NCBI GenBank assembly: GCA_017428925.1
Contig: JAFRPY010000005.1
Coordinates: 29-64,028 of the forward strand
Length of the DNA stretch: 64,000 nucleotides
Source of the DNA: Prevotella sp.
Lineage (GTDB): Bacteria > Bacteroidota > Bacteroidia > Bacteroidales > Bacteroidaceae
Direction of reading: 5' to 3'
Positions 49,262-62,037 of the stretch are shown here, piece by piece. Each line of letters starts with the position of its first letter. Position 1 is the first letter of the stretch. Position numbers and translations under genes: made by a program. Below the pieces are notes generated by a model. It made no database searches. It was not told the DNA's origin and saw only the letters and a list, made by a program, of their open reading frames with translations.

Positions 49262-50692
49262 TTAGTGCTTATTCACTGTCTTCAAGACATCTTGGTTAAC
49301 CTTGAAGGGATATTTCTTCCGGAGCTCAGCAACCCAGGCCTTCTCCAGCTCTTCCTGATAATCAGCTACGACGAGACCTTTCACGTCCTCGTATTCTTCA
49401 GGGCCTTTCTTCAGCAACTTTCCATAGACGGCATCGATAGGATAATCCTTCAAAGAAGTAACTGTGGTGTCTTTCTTGAATACCATCTTATCGATAAAAG
49501 CGTTATCACCCTTCTTGAAGATACCTTTCTCCACACGGATGCGAATGATGGAATCGTTGTTAAACGTATGGCGCAACTTGTCGGCCCATTTGCCGAAAGC
49601 AAGTCCTTTCACACAATTCTTCACGGCCTTCACGTCACCTTTTTCTTTCACGTGATAGACCATTCCCTTATACCGAGGTTCGTCCCACTTGTATTTCTTG
49701 CTGTTTTTCTTGAAATAGTTAGCCAAGCCAGCCTCATCCTTAGCCGCCTTGTCCCAAACCATGCGATTAGATATTTCATAAAGCAGCAAGCCGTCGTGAT
49801 ATTCACGAACCAGGTTGTCAAGTTCAGTATCCTTAGCCTGTAATTCCGCAGAACGTTCATCAAGCAGAGCCTCCCGAGTGATATTGCGCTGCTTGGCAAT
49901 AGAATCCACAGCCGATATAGCCAATTGTTCACGGGCATTTCGTGACTCCAAGAACTGAAGAATGTTGGAACGAAGGGAATCGTATGGTTCGAGCTGCTTG
50001 CGGTCCTTCATCAGAATGATATGCCAACCAGCTGGACTTTGAACGGGTTTCGACATTTCCCCAACCTGCAAAGCGTATGCTGCATCTTCGAATTCCTTGA
50101 GTGTCTGGTTAGGACCAATCCAAGGAAGCACACCGCCATTCTGAGCCGATCCTGGATCTTGGGAAACCTTTTTAGCCAATTCAGCGAAATCTGCGCCTTG
50201 CTTCAAAGCATTGTAGATTGAGTCAATACGCTGCTTTCCTGCTTTTTGCTCCGCATCCGTGGCTTTCTGTTTCAGCAACACAAGAATGTGGGCAGGCATA
50301 ATCAGTCCGCGCGGACCAATGGCTTCCTTTGTAGTGGCATAAACCTTCTGGGCCTCTCTTTCCATGTCAGCATCACTCACAAACGAAGGCACAATCTGCT
50401 GATCGCGATAGGTTCTGAACTCTTTCTGGTAAGAAGTCATTGTGTCCAACTTAGCATCCAAAGCGGCTTTTACCTTTAGTTTGTAATTAATGAACAAGTC
50501 GACATACTCTTCCACGGTTTTCTTGTCAATCACACCTTCGGCATTATTCTTGTTATAAGAATATTCAAATTCAGAACGAGCCACTGGCTGACCGGCGATA
50601 GTCATGATAACAGGATCATCCGTCTGTGCAAAAGCCATGCTCCCGCTGAGGAGCATGGTCACTATCAATAAGGGTTTCTTAAATTTTCTCAT
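49262..50692 (-). CDS. PpiC-type peptidyl-prolyl isomerase
   Basis: AHILV, FAELAKKVSQDPGSAQNGG.L, SPAGWHII. Confidence 0.9.
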   Translation of the reverse strand: MRKFKKPLLIVTMLLSGSMAFAQTDDPVIMTIAGQPVARSEFEYSYNKNNAEGVIDKKTVEEYVDLFINYKLKVKAALDAKLDTMTSYQKEFRTYRDQQIVPSFVSDADMEREAQKVYATTKEAIGPRGLIMPAHILVLLKQKATDAEQKAGKQRIDSIYNALKQGADFAELAKKVSQDPGSAQNGGVLPWIGPNQTLKEFEDAAYALQVGEMSKPVQSPAGWHIILMKDRKQLEPYDSLRSNILQFLESRNAREQLAISAVDSIAKQRNITREALLDERSAELQAKDTELDNLVREYHDGLLLYEISNRMVWDKAAKDEAGLANYFKKNSKKYKWDEPRYKGMVYHVKEKGDVKAVKNCVKGLAFGKWADKLRHTFNNDSIIRIRVEKGIFKKGDNAFIDKMVFKKDTTVTSLKDYPIDAVYGKLLKKGPEEYEDVKGLVVADYQEELEKAWVAELRKKYPFKVNQDVLKTVNKH

Positions 50693-50719
50693 CTTATCGT
50701 TCTCACAATAATTTAATTC

Positions 50720-52204
<1,485 letters not shown>

Positions 52205-52313
52205 CTACTTAAAAATTTATTGCGTGCAAAGATACGCAATTTTCGGCATATGAGCAAACCTTTCACATTTTTATGTGCCCGATTAATTCTATTTAACGCG
52301 ATGCAGGCAGATA

Positions 52314-53609
52314 TCAGGATAAAGGAGAAGCCTCAAAACCGATATTCCCTACTGCTTCTACGAGCATTGCTGCATCATGACGGCCTCTGACATAGGCAAT
52401 ACCCTTGGCCAGATCAACCTCCACCATTTCAACACCCGGAACACCACTGATTGCTTTCTCTACATTGGCCTTACAATGGTTACATGCCATGCCCTCTACC
52501 TTATACTGGCAGACATATTGTTCCGTATGCCTTTGTTTCAGTTTGCGAGAATCGAGCATACGGGCAAAAAAAGCGTTGACAAGCAATCCAACAAACAATA
52601 CGATCCACAACCACTGCCATAATCCCAGACATTGACCGCAATGGGCACTGGGAACGATCACGCTGTTCACTTGGAACCAATTCTGCGGAAGCAGATAGTC
52701 GATGCAAAGACCAAAACCAACGGCTCCGATGATGATGGAAAGCAAATAGAGTTTCAGAGTATGCTTGCCAAAAACCTTCCCGATAACCAGCATCGAAGCC
52801 GAATTAACGGCAGGACCTGCCATCAGCAACACAAGGGCTGCTCCCGGCGTAAGTCCTTTTGCCATCAGCGAAACCGCAATGGGTATGCTGCCCGTAGCAC
52901 AAACATACATAGGAACTGCAACAGCCAAAACAATAAGCATGTTAAGGAGTTTATACTCATGAAGGGCAGCCAGCCATTCGTTGGGCACTACTACTGTTAT
53001 CAAGGCTGCAATAAGCAAACCGACAAGAAGCCATTTACCAACATCCTGCAGCATCTCGACAAAAGCGTAGTGCATACCATTCCAGAACTTCTCTAAAAAT
53101 GTATTTCCTACAGGTTCCTCATTTTTACAGTCGTGGTCACACTTCTCATCCTCTTCATGATGAATCGAAGCCTCTGCCGAGAAGGCCTCATCTTCTTTGG
53201 CATAACGATTCACCAACCATCCGCCGAACAATGCCGTAAAAAGGGCGGCAACAGGACGAACAATGGCAAAAGGAAGTCCCATCAATGAAAAAGTTGCCGT
53301 GATGGAATCCACTCCTGTCTGCGGGGTTGCTATAAGAAAACTGGTACAGGCCCCGTGGGAAGCGCCTTCCCGACGAAGGCCAACACTTGTGGGAATCACG
53401 CCACACGAGCACAACGGTAGGGGAATGCCCAAAGCCGCAGCCTTCACCACACTCTTCATGTTGCGTGGTGAAAGATGGCGTCTATAAATACCTTTCGGAA
53501 CGAAAGCACGAAGCAAACCAGCGAAAAAGAAACCTAAAAACAAATAGGGAGCCATCTCTGCCAGCATCAATAGCAGAGCGTTCCCGTAATGTTCAATAAA
53601 AGTCCACAT
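52314..53609 (-). CDS. Metal permease (ArsP/DUF318 type) with C-terminal HMA domain
   Basis: PLPLCSCGVIP, FLIATPQTG, PMYVCATGSIP, HMA motif VEGMACNHC. Confidence 0.85.
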   Translation of the reverse strand: MWTFIEHYGNALLLMLAEMAPYLFLGFFFAGLLRAFVPKGIYRRHLSPRNMKSVVKAAALGIPLPLCSCGVIPTSVGLRREGASHGACTSFLIATPQTGVDSITATFSLMGLPFAIVRPVAALFTALFGGWLVNRYAKEDEAFSAEASIHHEEDEKCDHDCKNEEPVGNTFLEKFWNGMHYAFVEMLQDVGKWLLVGLLIAALITVVVPNEWLAALHEYKLLNMLIVLAVAVPMYVCATGSIPIAVSLMAKGLTPGAALVLLMAGPAVNSASMLVIGKVFGKHTLKLYLLSIIIGAVGFGLCIDYLLPQNWFQVNSVIVPSAHCGQCLGLWQWLWIVLFVGLLVNAFFARMLDSRKLKQRHTEQYVCQYKVEGMACNHCKANVEKAISGVPGVEMVEVDLAKGIAYVRGRHDAAMLVEAVGNIGFEASPLS

Positions 53610-53612
53610 ATC

Positions 53613-55796
53613 TTAGTTTGCCACTTCTGAAAGGAATTTGATACGTACCAACCGTACTTCTTCCTCCGAATAGTCATCACCCAACTCTTCCATAGCTGTG
53701 TCGAGGTCGTCGGTCTCACTCTCCTTGAAATAATCGTAAATATCGTCCACATGGTCATCGTCCATCACCTCTTCCAGGAAATAGTCGATATTCAATTTCG
53801 TTCCGCTATAGACGATTGCTTCCACTTCATCGAGCAATTCCTCAAAATCAATACCCTGGGCGATGGCAATATCATCAAGTGCACGCTGGTTGTCAATATC
53901 GTGGATAATCTTCACCTTCACAGCCGATTTCTTGGCCACCGTCCTTACCCGCAAATCTTCGGGGCGTTCTATCTCGTTTTCCTCACAATGACGCTTAATG
54001 AGTTCCACAAACTCCTTGCCAAACTTGCGCGCTTTTCCTGCTCCGACACCCTGCACCTGCTGAAGTTCTTCAAGCGAGATGGGATAAACCGTTGCCATCT
54101 GTTCAAGCGAACCCTCCTGAAACACAGCATAGGCAGGGATGCCGCGCTGCTTGGCAACCTTCTTACGCAAATCTTTCAGCATGGCAAACAACTCGGGATC
54201 AAGGGCGCCTCCCTGTCCATCAGTCACTTCATCGTCGTCATCAGTGAACTCATTGTCGAGCACAATCATAAACGAATGGGGTGACTTCATAAACTTCTTG
54301 CCCGCCGAAGTCAGTTTCAGCAGCCCATAATTCTCCACGTCTTTCTTCAAGTAGCCAGCAATGAGCGCCTGCCGGATGACTGGATTCCATATCTTGGGAT
54401 CGATGTCCTCACCAGAACCAAACTCTTCCAGCTGATCATGCTTATGCACGACAATATCGTCGGTTGCACGTCCACTCACGAAATCAATGACATAGTCGGT
54501 ACGGAAGTCTTCCTTGATTTTCTGAATGGCATTGAGAACGATAACCAATGCTTCCTCGGCCTCTTGTTTCGATTTGGGATGGAGGCAGTTGTCACAATTG
54601 CCACAGTTCTCCTTCAAATACTCTTCACCGAAATAATGGAGCAACATTCTGCGACGACAAACCGAAGATTCTGCATACGCTGCCGTCTCGGCCAGCAACT
54701 GCCTACCGATATCCTGTTCGGCCACAGGCTTGCCTTCCATGAACTTCTCCAGTTTTTTCAAGTCTTTATAGCGATAGAAAGCAATACACTTGCCTTCGCC
54801 TCCATCACGACCAGCACGGCCAGTCTCCTGATAATAGCCTTCCAGACTCTTGGGAATGTCATAATGAATCACAAAACGCACATCCGGTTTGTCGATACCC
54901 ATGCCGAAGGCGATGGTTGCCACGATGACGTCAATATCTTCTTGCAGGAAATCATCCTGTGTCTGACTACGAGTGGCCGAATCAAGACCGGCATGATATG
55001 GCGCTGCCTTAATATTGTTGGCACATAGCACAGCGGCCAGTTCTTCAACTTTCTTACGCGAGAGACAATAAATAATGCCACTCTTTCCCGGATGCTGACG
55101 AATGAACTTGACAATCTGCACATTGGTTGCGTCATCACTACTGGGTTTCTGCCTCACTTCGTAATAGAGATTGGGACGGTTAAAAGAACTCTTAAACTCC
55201 TTCGCATCAATAATCCCAAGACTCTTCTTGATATCCGTGCGCACCTTGTCGGTAGCCGTAGCCGTCAAGGCAATGAGCGGAGCCTTGCCAATCTCATCCA
55301 CCTTGTCACGGATTTTGCGGTATTCAGGACGGAAATCATGTCCCCATTCCGAAATACAGTGAGCTTCGTCGATAGCATAGAAACTGATCTTGACCATTTT
55401 CAGGAAATCCACATACTCATCCTTGGTGAGCGATTCAGGAGCCACATAAAGCAATTTCGTCTTACCCGCAAGGATATCACTCTTTACAAGGTCTATAGCG
55501 GCCTTGTTAAGCGAAGAGTTCAAGTAGTGGGCAATACCATCTTCCTCGCTCATACCATTAATGACATCCACCTGATTCTTCATCAGGGCAATAAGAGGTG
55601 AGATGACAATGGCTGTGCCCTCCATAATCAAGGAGGGCAATTGGTAGCATAGACTTTTGCCTCCTCCTGTCGGCATCAGTACGAAGGTGTCATTACCAGC
55701 GAGGACATTGCGGATGATGGCCTCTTGGTCTCCCTTGAATGTGTCGAAGCCGAAGTATTGCTTCAGTTTGGCGGTAAGGTCAATTTCCGGGGTCAT
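53613..55796 (-). CDS. recQ: ATP-dependent DNA helicase RecQ
   Basis: MPTGGGKSLCYQ, DEAHCISEWGHDFRPEY, ATIAFGMGIDKPDVR, Zn-binding, RQC and HRDC regions. Confidence 0.97.
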   Translation of the reverse strand: MTPEIDLTAKLKQYFGFDTFKGDQEAIIRNVLAGNDTFVLMPTGGGKSLCYQLPSLIMEGTAIVISPLIALMKNQVDVINGMSEEDGIAHYLNSSLNKAAIDLVKSDILAGKTKLLYVAPESLTKDEYVDFLKMVKISFYAIDEAHCISEWGHDFRPEYRKIRDKVDEIGKAPLIALTATATDKVRTDIKKSLGIIDAKEFKSSFNRPNLYYEVRQKPSSDDATNVQIVKFIRQHPGKSGIIYCLSRKKVEELAAVLCANNIKAAPYHAGLDSATRSQTQDDFLQEDIDVIVATIAFGMGIDKPDVRFVIHYDIPKSLEGYYQETGRAGRDGGEGKCIAFYRYKDLKKLEKFMEGKPVAEQDIGRQLLAETAAYAESSVCRRRMLLHYFGEEYLKENCGNCDNCLHPKSKQEAEEALVIVLNAIQKIKEDFRTDYVIDFVSGRATDDIVVHKHDQLEEFGSGEDIDPKIWNPVIRQALIAGYLKKDVENYGLLKLTSAGKKFMKSPHSFMIVLDNEFTDDDDEVTDGQGGALDPELFAMLKDLRKKVAKQRGIPAYAVFQEGSLEQMATVYPISLEELQQVQGVGAGKARKFGKEFVELIKRHCEENEIERPEDLRVRTVAKKSAVKVKIIHDIDNQRALDDIAIAQGIDFEELLDEVEAIVYSGTKLNIDYFLEEVMDDDHVDDIYDYFKESETDDLDTAMEELGDDYSEEEVRLVRIKFLSEVAN

Positions 55797-55828
55797 TAAT
55801 TCTAAATTGATTATATCTTAAAAACGCA

Positions 55829-57064
55829 TCATGCGCTTTCCAGTTTTTGCAAATGAGCTTTGCCCAATTGCTGTTTTGCATAATCGAGAGTAACATCAAA
55901 AGTTTTTACACGTTTTGACGGATATTCAAACATGGCATCCAGCATTACGCTCTCCACGATAGAACGAAGTCCGCGTGCGCCGAGTTTATATTCCATGGCC
56001 TGATTTACAAGATAATCAAGCGTCTCTTCTGGAAACGTCAACTTAATGCCGTCCATCTCAAACAACTTTGTATACTGCTTGATAATGGAATTCTTAGGAT
56101 CGACGAGAATCCTGCGAAGGGCTTCACGATCGAGCGGATTCAGATAGGTCAGCACAGGCAGTCGCCCGATGATTTCAGGAATAAGCCCGAACGATTTCAA
56201 GTCCTGTGGCAGAATATACTGCATCAAGTCTTCTTTGTCAATTTTGCGGACATTCTGAACAGAATTGTATCCCACCACATGAGTGTTCAGGCGTTGGGCA
56301 ATCTTGCGCTCAATACCATCAAATGCACCACCACAGATAAAGAGGATGTTCTTCGTGTCAACATGTATATAGTCCTGGTCGGGATGCTTGCGTCCACCCT
56401 TTGGCGGAACGTTCACCACCGAACCTTCCAGAAGTTTCAGCAGGCTCTGCTGAACACCCTCACCCGAAACATCACGTGTGATGCTCGGATTGTCACTCTT
56501 TCGGGCTATCTTGTCAATCTCATCAATAAAAACAATCCCCCTTTCTGCAGCAGCCTGATCGTAATTGGCCACCTGAAGCAGACGGGAAAGAATGCTTTCA
56601 ACATCTTCTCCCACATAACCCGCTTCGGTGAACACCGTGGCGTCCACAATAGTAAAGGGCACATCGAGCAACTTGGCAATGGTACGCGCCAACAACGTCT
56701 TTCCCGTTCCCGTAGAACCGACCATGATGATGTTGCTCTTCTCTATCTCGACGCCCTCGTCATTAACGGGTTGCTGCAACCGCTTATAATGGTTGTAAAC
56801 AGCCACCGAGAGATTACGCTTGGCCTGTTCTTGACCAATCACATAGTCGTCAAGATATTTCTTTATTTCCTTTGGTTTAGGCACTTTCCTAATGTGGAAA
56901 GGTTTGTCGCTGCCTTTCCGTTCGTTACCAAGCAATCCTGTAGAGAGCACGATTTCGTGTGCCTGTTCAGCACAACTCTCACAAATGAAGCCATTCAGCC
57001 CAGTAATGAGCAACTTGACTTCATTTTCCGTCCTTCCACAGAAACTACAAACTTTCTTTGCCAC
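55829..57064 (-). CDS. clpX: ATP-dependent Clp protease ATPase subunit ClpX
   Basis: CSFC zinc finger, [26 protein letters not shown]. Confidence 0.98.
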   Translation of the reverse strand: MAKKVCSFCGRTENEVKLLITGLNGFICESCAEQAHEIVLSTGLLGNERKGSDKPFHIRKVPKPKEIKKYLDDYVIGQEQAKRNLSVAVYNHYKRLQQPVNDEGVEIEKSNIIMVGSTGTGKTLLARTIAKLLDVPFTIVDATVFTEAGYVGEDVESILSRLLQVANYDQAAAERGIVFIDEIDKIARKSDNPSITRDVSGEGVQQSLLKLLEGSVVNVPPKGGRKHPDQDYIHVDTKNILFICGGAFDGIERKIAQRLNTHVVGYNSVQNVRKIDKEDLMQYILPQDLKSFGLIPEIIGRLPVLTYLNPLDREALRRILVDPKNSIIKQYTKLFEMDGIKLTFPEETLDYLVNQAMEYKLGARGLRSIVESVMLDAMFEYPSKRVKTFDVTLDYAKQQLGKAHLQKLESA

Positions 57065-57108
57065 CTTATTATTAATTATTTAATAAAGAGAACTTATCCC
57101 TTAGATTC

Positions 57109-57774
57109 TTAATTCTTCTTCACTAACACCGCGTCAATCATACCATATTCCTTGGCTTCCTCAGCCGTCATCCAGTAATTGCGGTCACTGTCTTGCCATA
57201 CTTTCTCGTATGGAGTGTGCGAGTGGTTGCTGATGATGGTATAGAGTTCTTTCTTGAACTTCTGGATTTCTTTCACCTCAATCTCCATGTCAGAAGCCTG
57301 GCCTTGCACTCCGCCGAGAGGTTGATGTATCATCACACGGCTATGAGTAAGGGCCGAACGTTTTCCTTCTTGTCCAGCCACCAGCAGAACGGCAGCCATT
57401 GAAGCAGCCATACCCGTACAAATAGTGGCCACATCACTGGAAATGAACTGCATGGTGTCGTAAATGCCCAATCCCGCTGTGACGCTTCCACCAGGAGAAT
57501 TGATGTAGATAGAAATGTCTTTCCCAGGATCCACAGAATCCAGATAGAGAAGCTGAGCCTGCAAGGTATTGGCAGTATAGTCGTCAATCTGGGTGCCAAG
57601 GAAAATGATGCGGTCCATCATCAGGCGCGAGAACACGTCCATCTGCGTCACATTAAGCTGTCGTTCTTCAAGGATATAGGGATTCAGATACTGTGACTGA
57701 ACTTTCATGACATCGTCGAGTGCCATTGCACTAAGTCCCAAATGCTGGGTTGCGTATTTTCTAAAATCATTCAT
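57109..57774 (-). CDS. clpP: ATP-dependent Clp protease proteolytic subunit
   Basis: DVFSRLMMDRII, YINSPGG, GMAASM, MIHQP. Confidence 0.98.
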   Translation of the reverse strand: MNDFRKYATQHLGLSAMALDDVMKVQSQYLNPYILEERQLNVTQMDVFSRLMMDRIIFLGTQIDDYTANTLQAQLLYLDSVDPGKDISIYINSPGGSVTAGLGIYDTMQFISSDVATICTGMAASMAAVLLVAGQEGKRSALTHSRVMIHQPLGGVQGQASDMEIEVKEIQKFKKELYTIISNHSHTPYEKVWQDSDRNYWMTAEEAKEYGMIDAVLVKKN

Positions 57775-57832
57775 TTTTATACTATATTTTAATAGTTCGT
57801 TTTCTTATAATTAGATACTACAAAGTAACAGG

Positions 57833-57883
57833 AAAAAAATATCCGCCTTTTTTCTCATACAAAGATAAGAAAAAAAGCGGATA
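57833..57883 (-). terminator. Terminator after tig
   Basis: TATCCGC.TTTTTTCT ... AGAAAAAA.GCGGATA with a T-run on the minus strand. Confidence 0.7.
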
Positions 57884-57921
57884 ACCCCTTAAATCGGAGT
57901 GTTTTTTTTTCAAAAAAAATG

Positions 57922-59280
57922 TTATTTCTGTTCCATCATCTTATTAAACTCCTCAAGAGTGACCTCTTTCGGGTTCAGTTTTACCACACCTTTCATGACT
58001 TCGGTGAGCTTGCGATCGATAGAACGGTCAACCAGATTGTCCACATACTCCTTCTTCTTGAGCATGTCGTTGGCATAGTTCTCCAGATACTCATCGGGAA
58101 CATTGTTCATGCCATATTGTGCGAACTGAGCTCGTGCAGCTTCCTTGGCGGCATCTTTAATGTCAGCATCTTCCACCTTGATATTATTGTCGCGCACAAG
58201 CTGCTCCTTGATGAGATGCCAGGTCAGTTCCTTCACACTCATCTCGTAGTTCTTCTCAACGAACTCCTCACCTTTGTCTTTATTGTTCAGCAACATGATA
58301 CGCTTCAGCAGAGCATCGGGATAAGTCAGTGTTCCAACCTTCTTCTCACAATGGGCTCGCAGGTCTTGGATGAAACGGAAATCGCTGTCAACAACAAACT
58401 GGGCCTTCAGATTCTCGGCAATTCTGTCGCGGAACTCAGTCTCACTCTTAACAGCACCTTCACCGAACACCTGGTCGAAGAGTTCCTGATTCACATCAGC
58501 CTTCACATAGCGGCTGATTTCAGTAATCTGATAACTGAAGTCGGAAGTAATGTTCTCAGCTTCCTCACGGCTAATCTTCAGCAGCGAGCTGATTTCGCCC
58601 GTACTCTCGGGATAAGCCTTCTTGGGATTGAAAGTAATGATGTCGCCCAACTTACAGCCTTCGAAAAGTTTCTTCTGGTCATCAACCTTGATGTAATTAG
58701 GCAGCATGATTGCGCCCTCAACGGTGATACCGTCTTCCTTGGTATTGCCGTCAGCGTCAAGCTCACGGAGGTCACCCTTCAGCATATCATTGTCCTCATA
58801 GCTCTCCACCTTGTCATAATGGCCGCCACGACTTGCATACATCTCAATCTGCTGGTCGATCAGTTTGTCATCAACCTTAATGGTATAGTAGTCAACCTTG
58901 TCGTGACCGTTCAACTTGATTTCAAACTCAGGAGCCACGGCAATGTCGAAGACGAATGAATATGGTGCATCCTTCTCCACATCTACGGCCTGCTGCTTCT
59001 CAGAAGGCAGGGGGTCGCCCAGCATCTTTATATTGTTCTCCTGCACATACTTGTAGATTTCCTGACCTACCAGCTTGTTAATTTCGTCAACTTTCACGCT
59101 GGTACCCATCTGACGGCGAATAATGTTCATAGGCACCTGTCCGGGACGGAAACCAGGAATGTTAGCCTTCTTACGATAATTCTTCAGTGTTTTCTCAACA
59201 TTCTCCTTGAAGTCTGCTTCCTCAACGGTGATGGTCATCAAGCCGTTCACCTTGTCGGGATTCTCGAATGTAACTTTCAT
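57922..59280 (-). CDS. tig: Trigger factor
   Basis: IPGFRPGQVP ribosome-binding motif; upstream of clpP-clpX. Confidence 0.95.
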   Translation of the reverse strand: MKVTFENPDKVNGLMTITVEEADFKENVEKTLKNYRKKANIPGFRPGQVPMNIIRRQMGTSVKVDEINKLVGQEIYKYVQENNIKMLGDPLPSEKQQAVDVEKDAPYSFVFDIAVAPEFEIKLNGHDKVDYYTIKVDDKLIDQQIEMYASRGGHYDKVESYEDNDMLKGDLRELDADGNTKEDGITVEGAIMLPNYIKVDDQKKLFEGCKLGDIITFNPKKAYPESTGEISSLLKISREEAENITSDFSYQITEISRYVKADVNQELFDQVFGEGAVKSETEFRDRIAENLKAQFVVDSDFRFIQDLRAHCEKKVGTLTYPDALLKRIMLLNNKDKGEEFVEKNYEMSVKELTWHLIKEQLVRDNNIKVEDADIKDAAKEAARAQFAQYGMNNVPDEYLENYANDMLKKKEYVDNLVDRSIDRKLTEVMKGVVKLNPKEVTLEEFNKMMEQK

Positions 59281-59419
59281 CTTCTCTTATAAAATAATTA
59301 ATTGATAAATTCTGTTTTTTGAGACACGAATCGGGCAACGATACGCTAACGAGGGTGCAAAGTTAGCAAGAATTTTGCTAATTACATTATACAATGTGGA
59401 AAAATTTGTTTTTTTAAGA

Positions 59420-60292
59420 TTATTCCTGCTGAAGTATTCCTGCTGAAGGTTCCTGCTGAAGGTCTTCCTGTGCTTCCTTACGCCGTTTTTCCTCGTCGAT
59501 AAGCTGGAAGTCTTTCTTGCGGAGCTCGAAGTTACGGCCCAGGTATTTCTCTTTCACGATGGGATTATCGGCCAATTCCTCGGGAGTTCCCTTGAAGAGG
59601 ATACGGCCCTCGAAGAGCAGATAGGCACGGTCGGTGATGGAAAGCGTCTCGTGAACGTTATGGTCAGTGATGAGAATGCCTATGTTACGATACTTCAGCT
59701 GCCAGACGATATGCTGGATGTCTTCCACGGCAATAGGGTCCACACCGGCAAACGGTTCGTCAAGCATAATGAACTTCGGGTCGATGGCCAGACAGCGTGC
59801 TATCTCCGTGCGACGACGCTCACCACCGGAAAGACGGTCACCAAGGTTCTTGCGAACCTTTTCCAGACGAAGTTCCTTGATCAAACTCTCCAACTTCTGC
59901 AACTGGTACTCCCTTGGGCGTTTCGTCATTTCCAGAACAGCCATGATGTTGTCCTCCACACTGAGTTTACGGAATACAGAAGCCTCTTGCGGCAGATAGC
60001 CCACACCAGCACGAGCACGCTTGTAAACGGGATAGGATGTAATTTCCTTGTCGTCCAGGTAAATATGGCCGGCATTCGGAATGATAAGACCTGTCGTCAT
60101 ATAGAAGGAGGTCGTCTTACCGGCACCATTAGGACCCAGCAGTCCAACGATCTCGCCCTGCCGGACATTGATGCTGACATCATTGACCACCGTCCTCTTA
60201 CCGTAACGCTTGACCAGTCCTTCAGTACGCAGTGTCATACTGCCTTCCGTCTTCGTAAATTTTTCGCTGTCGTTCAACAATACGTCTTCCAT
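59420..60292 (-). CDS. lptB: LPS export ABC transporter ATP-binding protein
   Basis: [45 protein letters not shown]; start uncertain. Confidence 0.95.
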   Translation of the reverse strand: MEDVLLNDSEKFTKTEGSMTLRTEGLVKRYGKRTVVNDVSINVRQGEIVGLLGPNGAGKTTSFYMTTGLIIPNAGHIYLDDKEITSYPVYKRARAGVGYLPQEASVFRKLSVEDNIMAVLEMTKRPREYQLQKLESLIKELRLEKVRKNLGDRLSGGERRRTEIARCLAIDPKFIMLDEPFAGVDPIAVEDIQHIVWQLKYRNIGILITDHNVHETLSITDRAYLLFEGRILFKGTPEELADNPIVKEKYLGRNFELRKKDFQLIDEEKRRKEAQEDLQQEPSAGILQQE

Positions 60293-60310
60293 TTTCACTC
60301 AATTTGGTTG

Positions 60311-60407
60311 CAAAGTTAGTGCAAATGAGTGGAAAAACAAAATTTATTTTGATTTTTCCCGAATGCAGCCTAACTTCATGACTCGAAGAGACATAAAGTT
60401 AGTGCAA
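60311..60407. repeat. Palindromic element embedded in the lptB promoter
   Basis: AAAGTTAGTGCAA direct repeat at 60312 and 60395 around an internal inverted repeat; related copy at 63779-63866. Confidence 0.65.
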
Positions 60408-60490
60408 TTGAGCGGAATATCAAAAGAAATAGTTCATTTTTTGCCGCACTATTCTTTGCCATATCCAAATAATTGTATATTTTTGCACAC

Positions 60491-61237
60491 ATGATTATCT
60501 ACAAGTACCTATCCGCACTGGGCCGCTACATCATCCTGATGGGGCGCACGTTCTCGAAGCCCGAGCGGTTCAGAATGTTCTGGAAGCAGTATGTCAAGGA
60601 GATGGCCCAGTTAGGTATCAACTCCATTGGCATCGTTCTGCTCATCTCTTTTTTCATCGGAGCAGTTATCTGTATCCAGATGAAACTCAACATTCAGAGT
60701 CCCTGGATGCCCCGTTGGGTTTCTGGTTACACTACCCGCGAAATCATGCTGCTTGAGTTCTCCAGCAGTATCATGTGTCTGATCCTTGCGGGAAAGGTTG
60801 GCTCCAACATTGCTTCCGAATTAGGAACCATGCGCGTCACCCAACAGATTGACGCCCTTGAGATTATGGGCGTGAACTCAGCATCCTATCTGATACTGCC
60901 CAAGATTACAGGACTGATTACGATGATGCCCTTCCTTGTCATCTTCTCTTCTGCCCTTGGCATCCTGGGCGCCTATGCCACAGCCTACATTGGCCATGTG
61001 CTTTCGCCCGACGACCTGACGCTTGGTCTTCAGCATTCTTTCAATTCGTGGTTTGTGTGGATGAGTATCATCAAGAGTCTGTTTTTTGCCTTCATCATAG
61101 CCAGTGTGTCATCATATTTCGGCTATACGGTAGAAGGCGGCTCGGTGGAAGTCGGTAAGGCCTCAACCACCGCCGTGGTAAACTCCTCGGTTCTTATTCT
61201 CTGTTCTGACGTATTCTTAACCCAACTGCTCTCATGA
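60491..61237 (+). CDS. mlaE: MlaE family ABC permease
   Basis: LAGKVGSNIASELGTMRVTQQIDALEIMG, VGKASTTAVV. Confidence 0.9.
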   Translation: MIIYKYLSALGRYIILMGRTFSKPERFRMFWKQYVKEMAQLGINSIGIVLLISFFIGAVICIQMKLNIQSPWMPRWVSGYTTREIMLLEFSSSIMCLILAGKVGSNIASELGTMRVTQQIDALEIMGVNSASYLILPKITGLITMMPFLVIFSSALGILGAYATAYIGHVLSPDDLTLGLQHSFNSWFVWMSIIKSLFFAFIIASVSSYFGYTVEGGSVEVGKASTTAVVNSSVLILCSDVFLTQLLS

Positions 61238-62001
61238 TTGAAATCAGACACTTATATAAAAGTTTTGAGGACAAAGAAGTCCTGCAAGACATCAATGCTG
61301 AATTCCAGAACGGCAAGACCAATCTGATTATTGGCCAGAGCGGAAGCGGAAAGACGGTGCTGATGAAGAACATCGTGGGACTGTTGGACCCCACAAAGGG
61401 AGAGATTCTCTACGACGGGCGCGACTTTGTGGCCATGAGTAAGAACGAAAAGGTGAAGCTGCGTCGTGAGATGGGAATGATTTTCCAAAGTGCAGCGTTA
61501 TTCGACTCAATGTCGGTGCTGGAAAATGTGATGTTCCCGCTCGACATGTTTTCGCCGATGAACTACCGCGAAAGGGTAAGGCGCGCCCAGGACTGTCTCG
61601 ACCGAGTGAACCTCATCGAAGCCCAGAACAAATTCCCAGGCGAGATTTCAGGCGGCATGCAGAAGCGCGTGGCTATTGCGCGCGCCATTGCGCTCAACCC
61701 GAAATATCTGTTCTGCGACGAGCCGAACAGCGGACTCGACCCCAAGACTTCGCTCGTTATCGACGACTTGCTGCATTCCATCACGGTGGAATACAACACC
61801 ACGACCATCATCAACACCCACGATATGAACTCCGTGATGGGCATCGGAGAGAATATAATTTTCATCTACAAGGGCACGGCGGCATGGACTGGATGCAAAG
61901 ACCAGATTATGACGTCAACCAACAAGAAACTCAACGATTTCATCTTTGCTTCCGACCTTTTCAAGAAAGTGAAAGAAGAGGAGATGAAAGCGAAATCATG
62001 A
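61234..62001 (+). CDS. mlaF: MlaF family ABC ATP-binding protein
   Basis: GQSGSGKT, FQSAALFDSM, SGGMQKRVAIARA, DEPNSGLDP; ATGA overlap with mlaE. Confidence 0.88.
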   Translation: MIEIRHLYKSFEDKEVLQDINAEFQNGKTNLIIGQSGSGKTVLMKNIVGLLDPTKGEILYDGRDFVAMSKNEKVKLRREMGMIFQSAALFDSMSVLENVMFPLDMFSPMNYRERVRRAQDCLDRVNLIEAQNKFPGEISGGMQKRVAIARAIALNPKYLFCDEPNSGLDPKTSLVIDDLLHSITVEYNTTTIINTHDMNSVMGIGENIIFIYKGTAAWTGCKDQIMTSTNKKLNDFIFASDLFKKVKEEEMKAKS

Positions 62002-62037
62002 AATAACGGGAAGAGTTCTTTCTTCCCGTTATTTCAT
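61998..62037. terminator. Bidirectional terminator containing both stop codons
   Basis: Perfect 17-bp inverted repeat ATGAAATAACGGGAAGA / TCTTCCCGTTATTTCAT. Confidence 0.8.
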
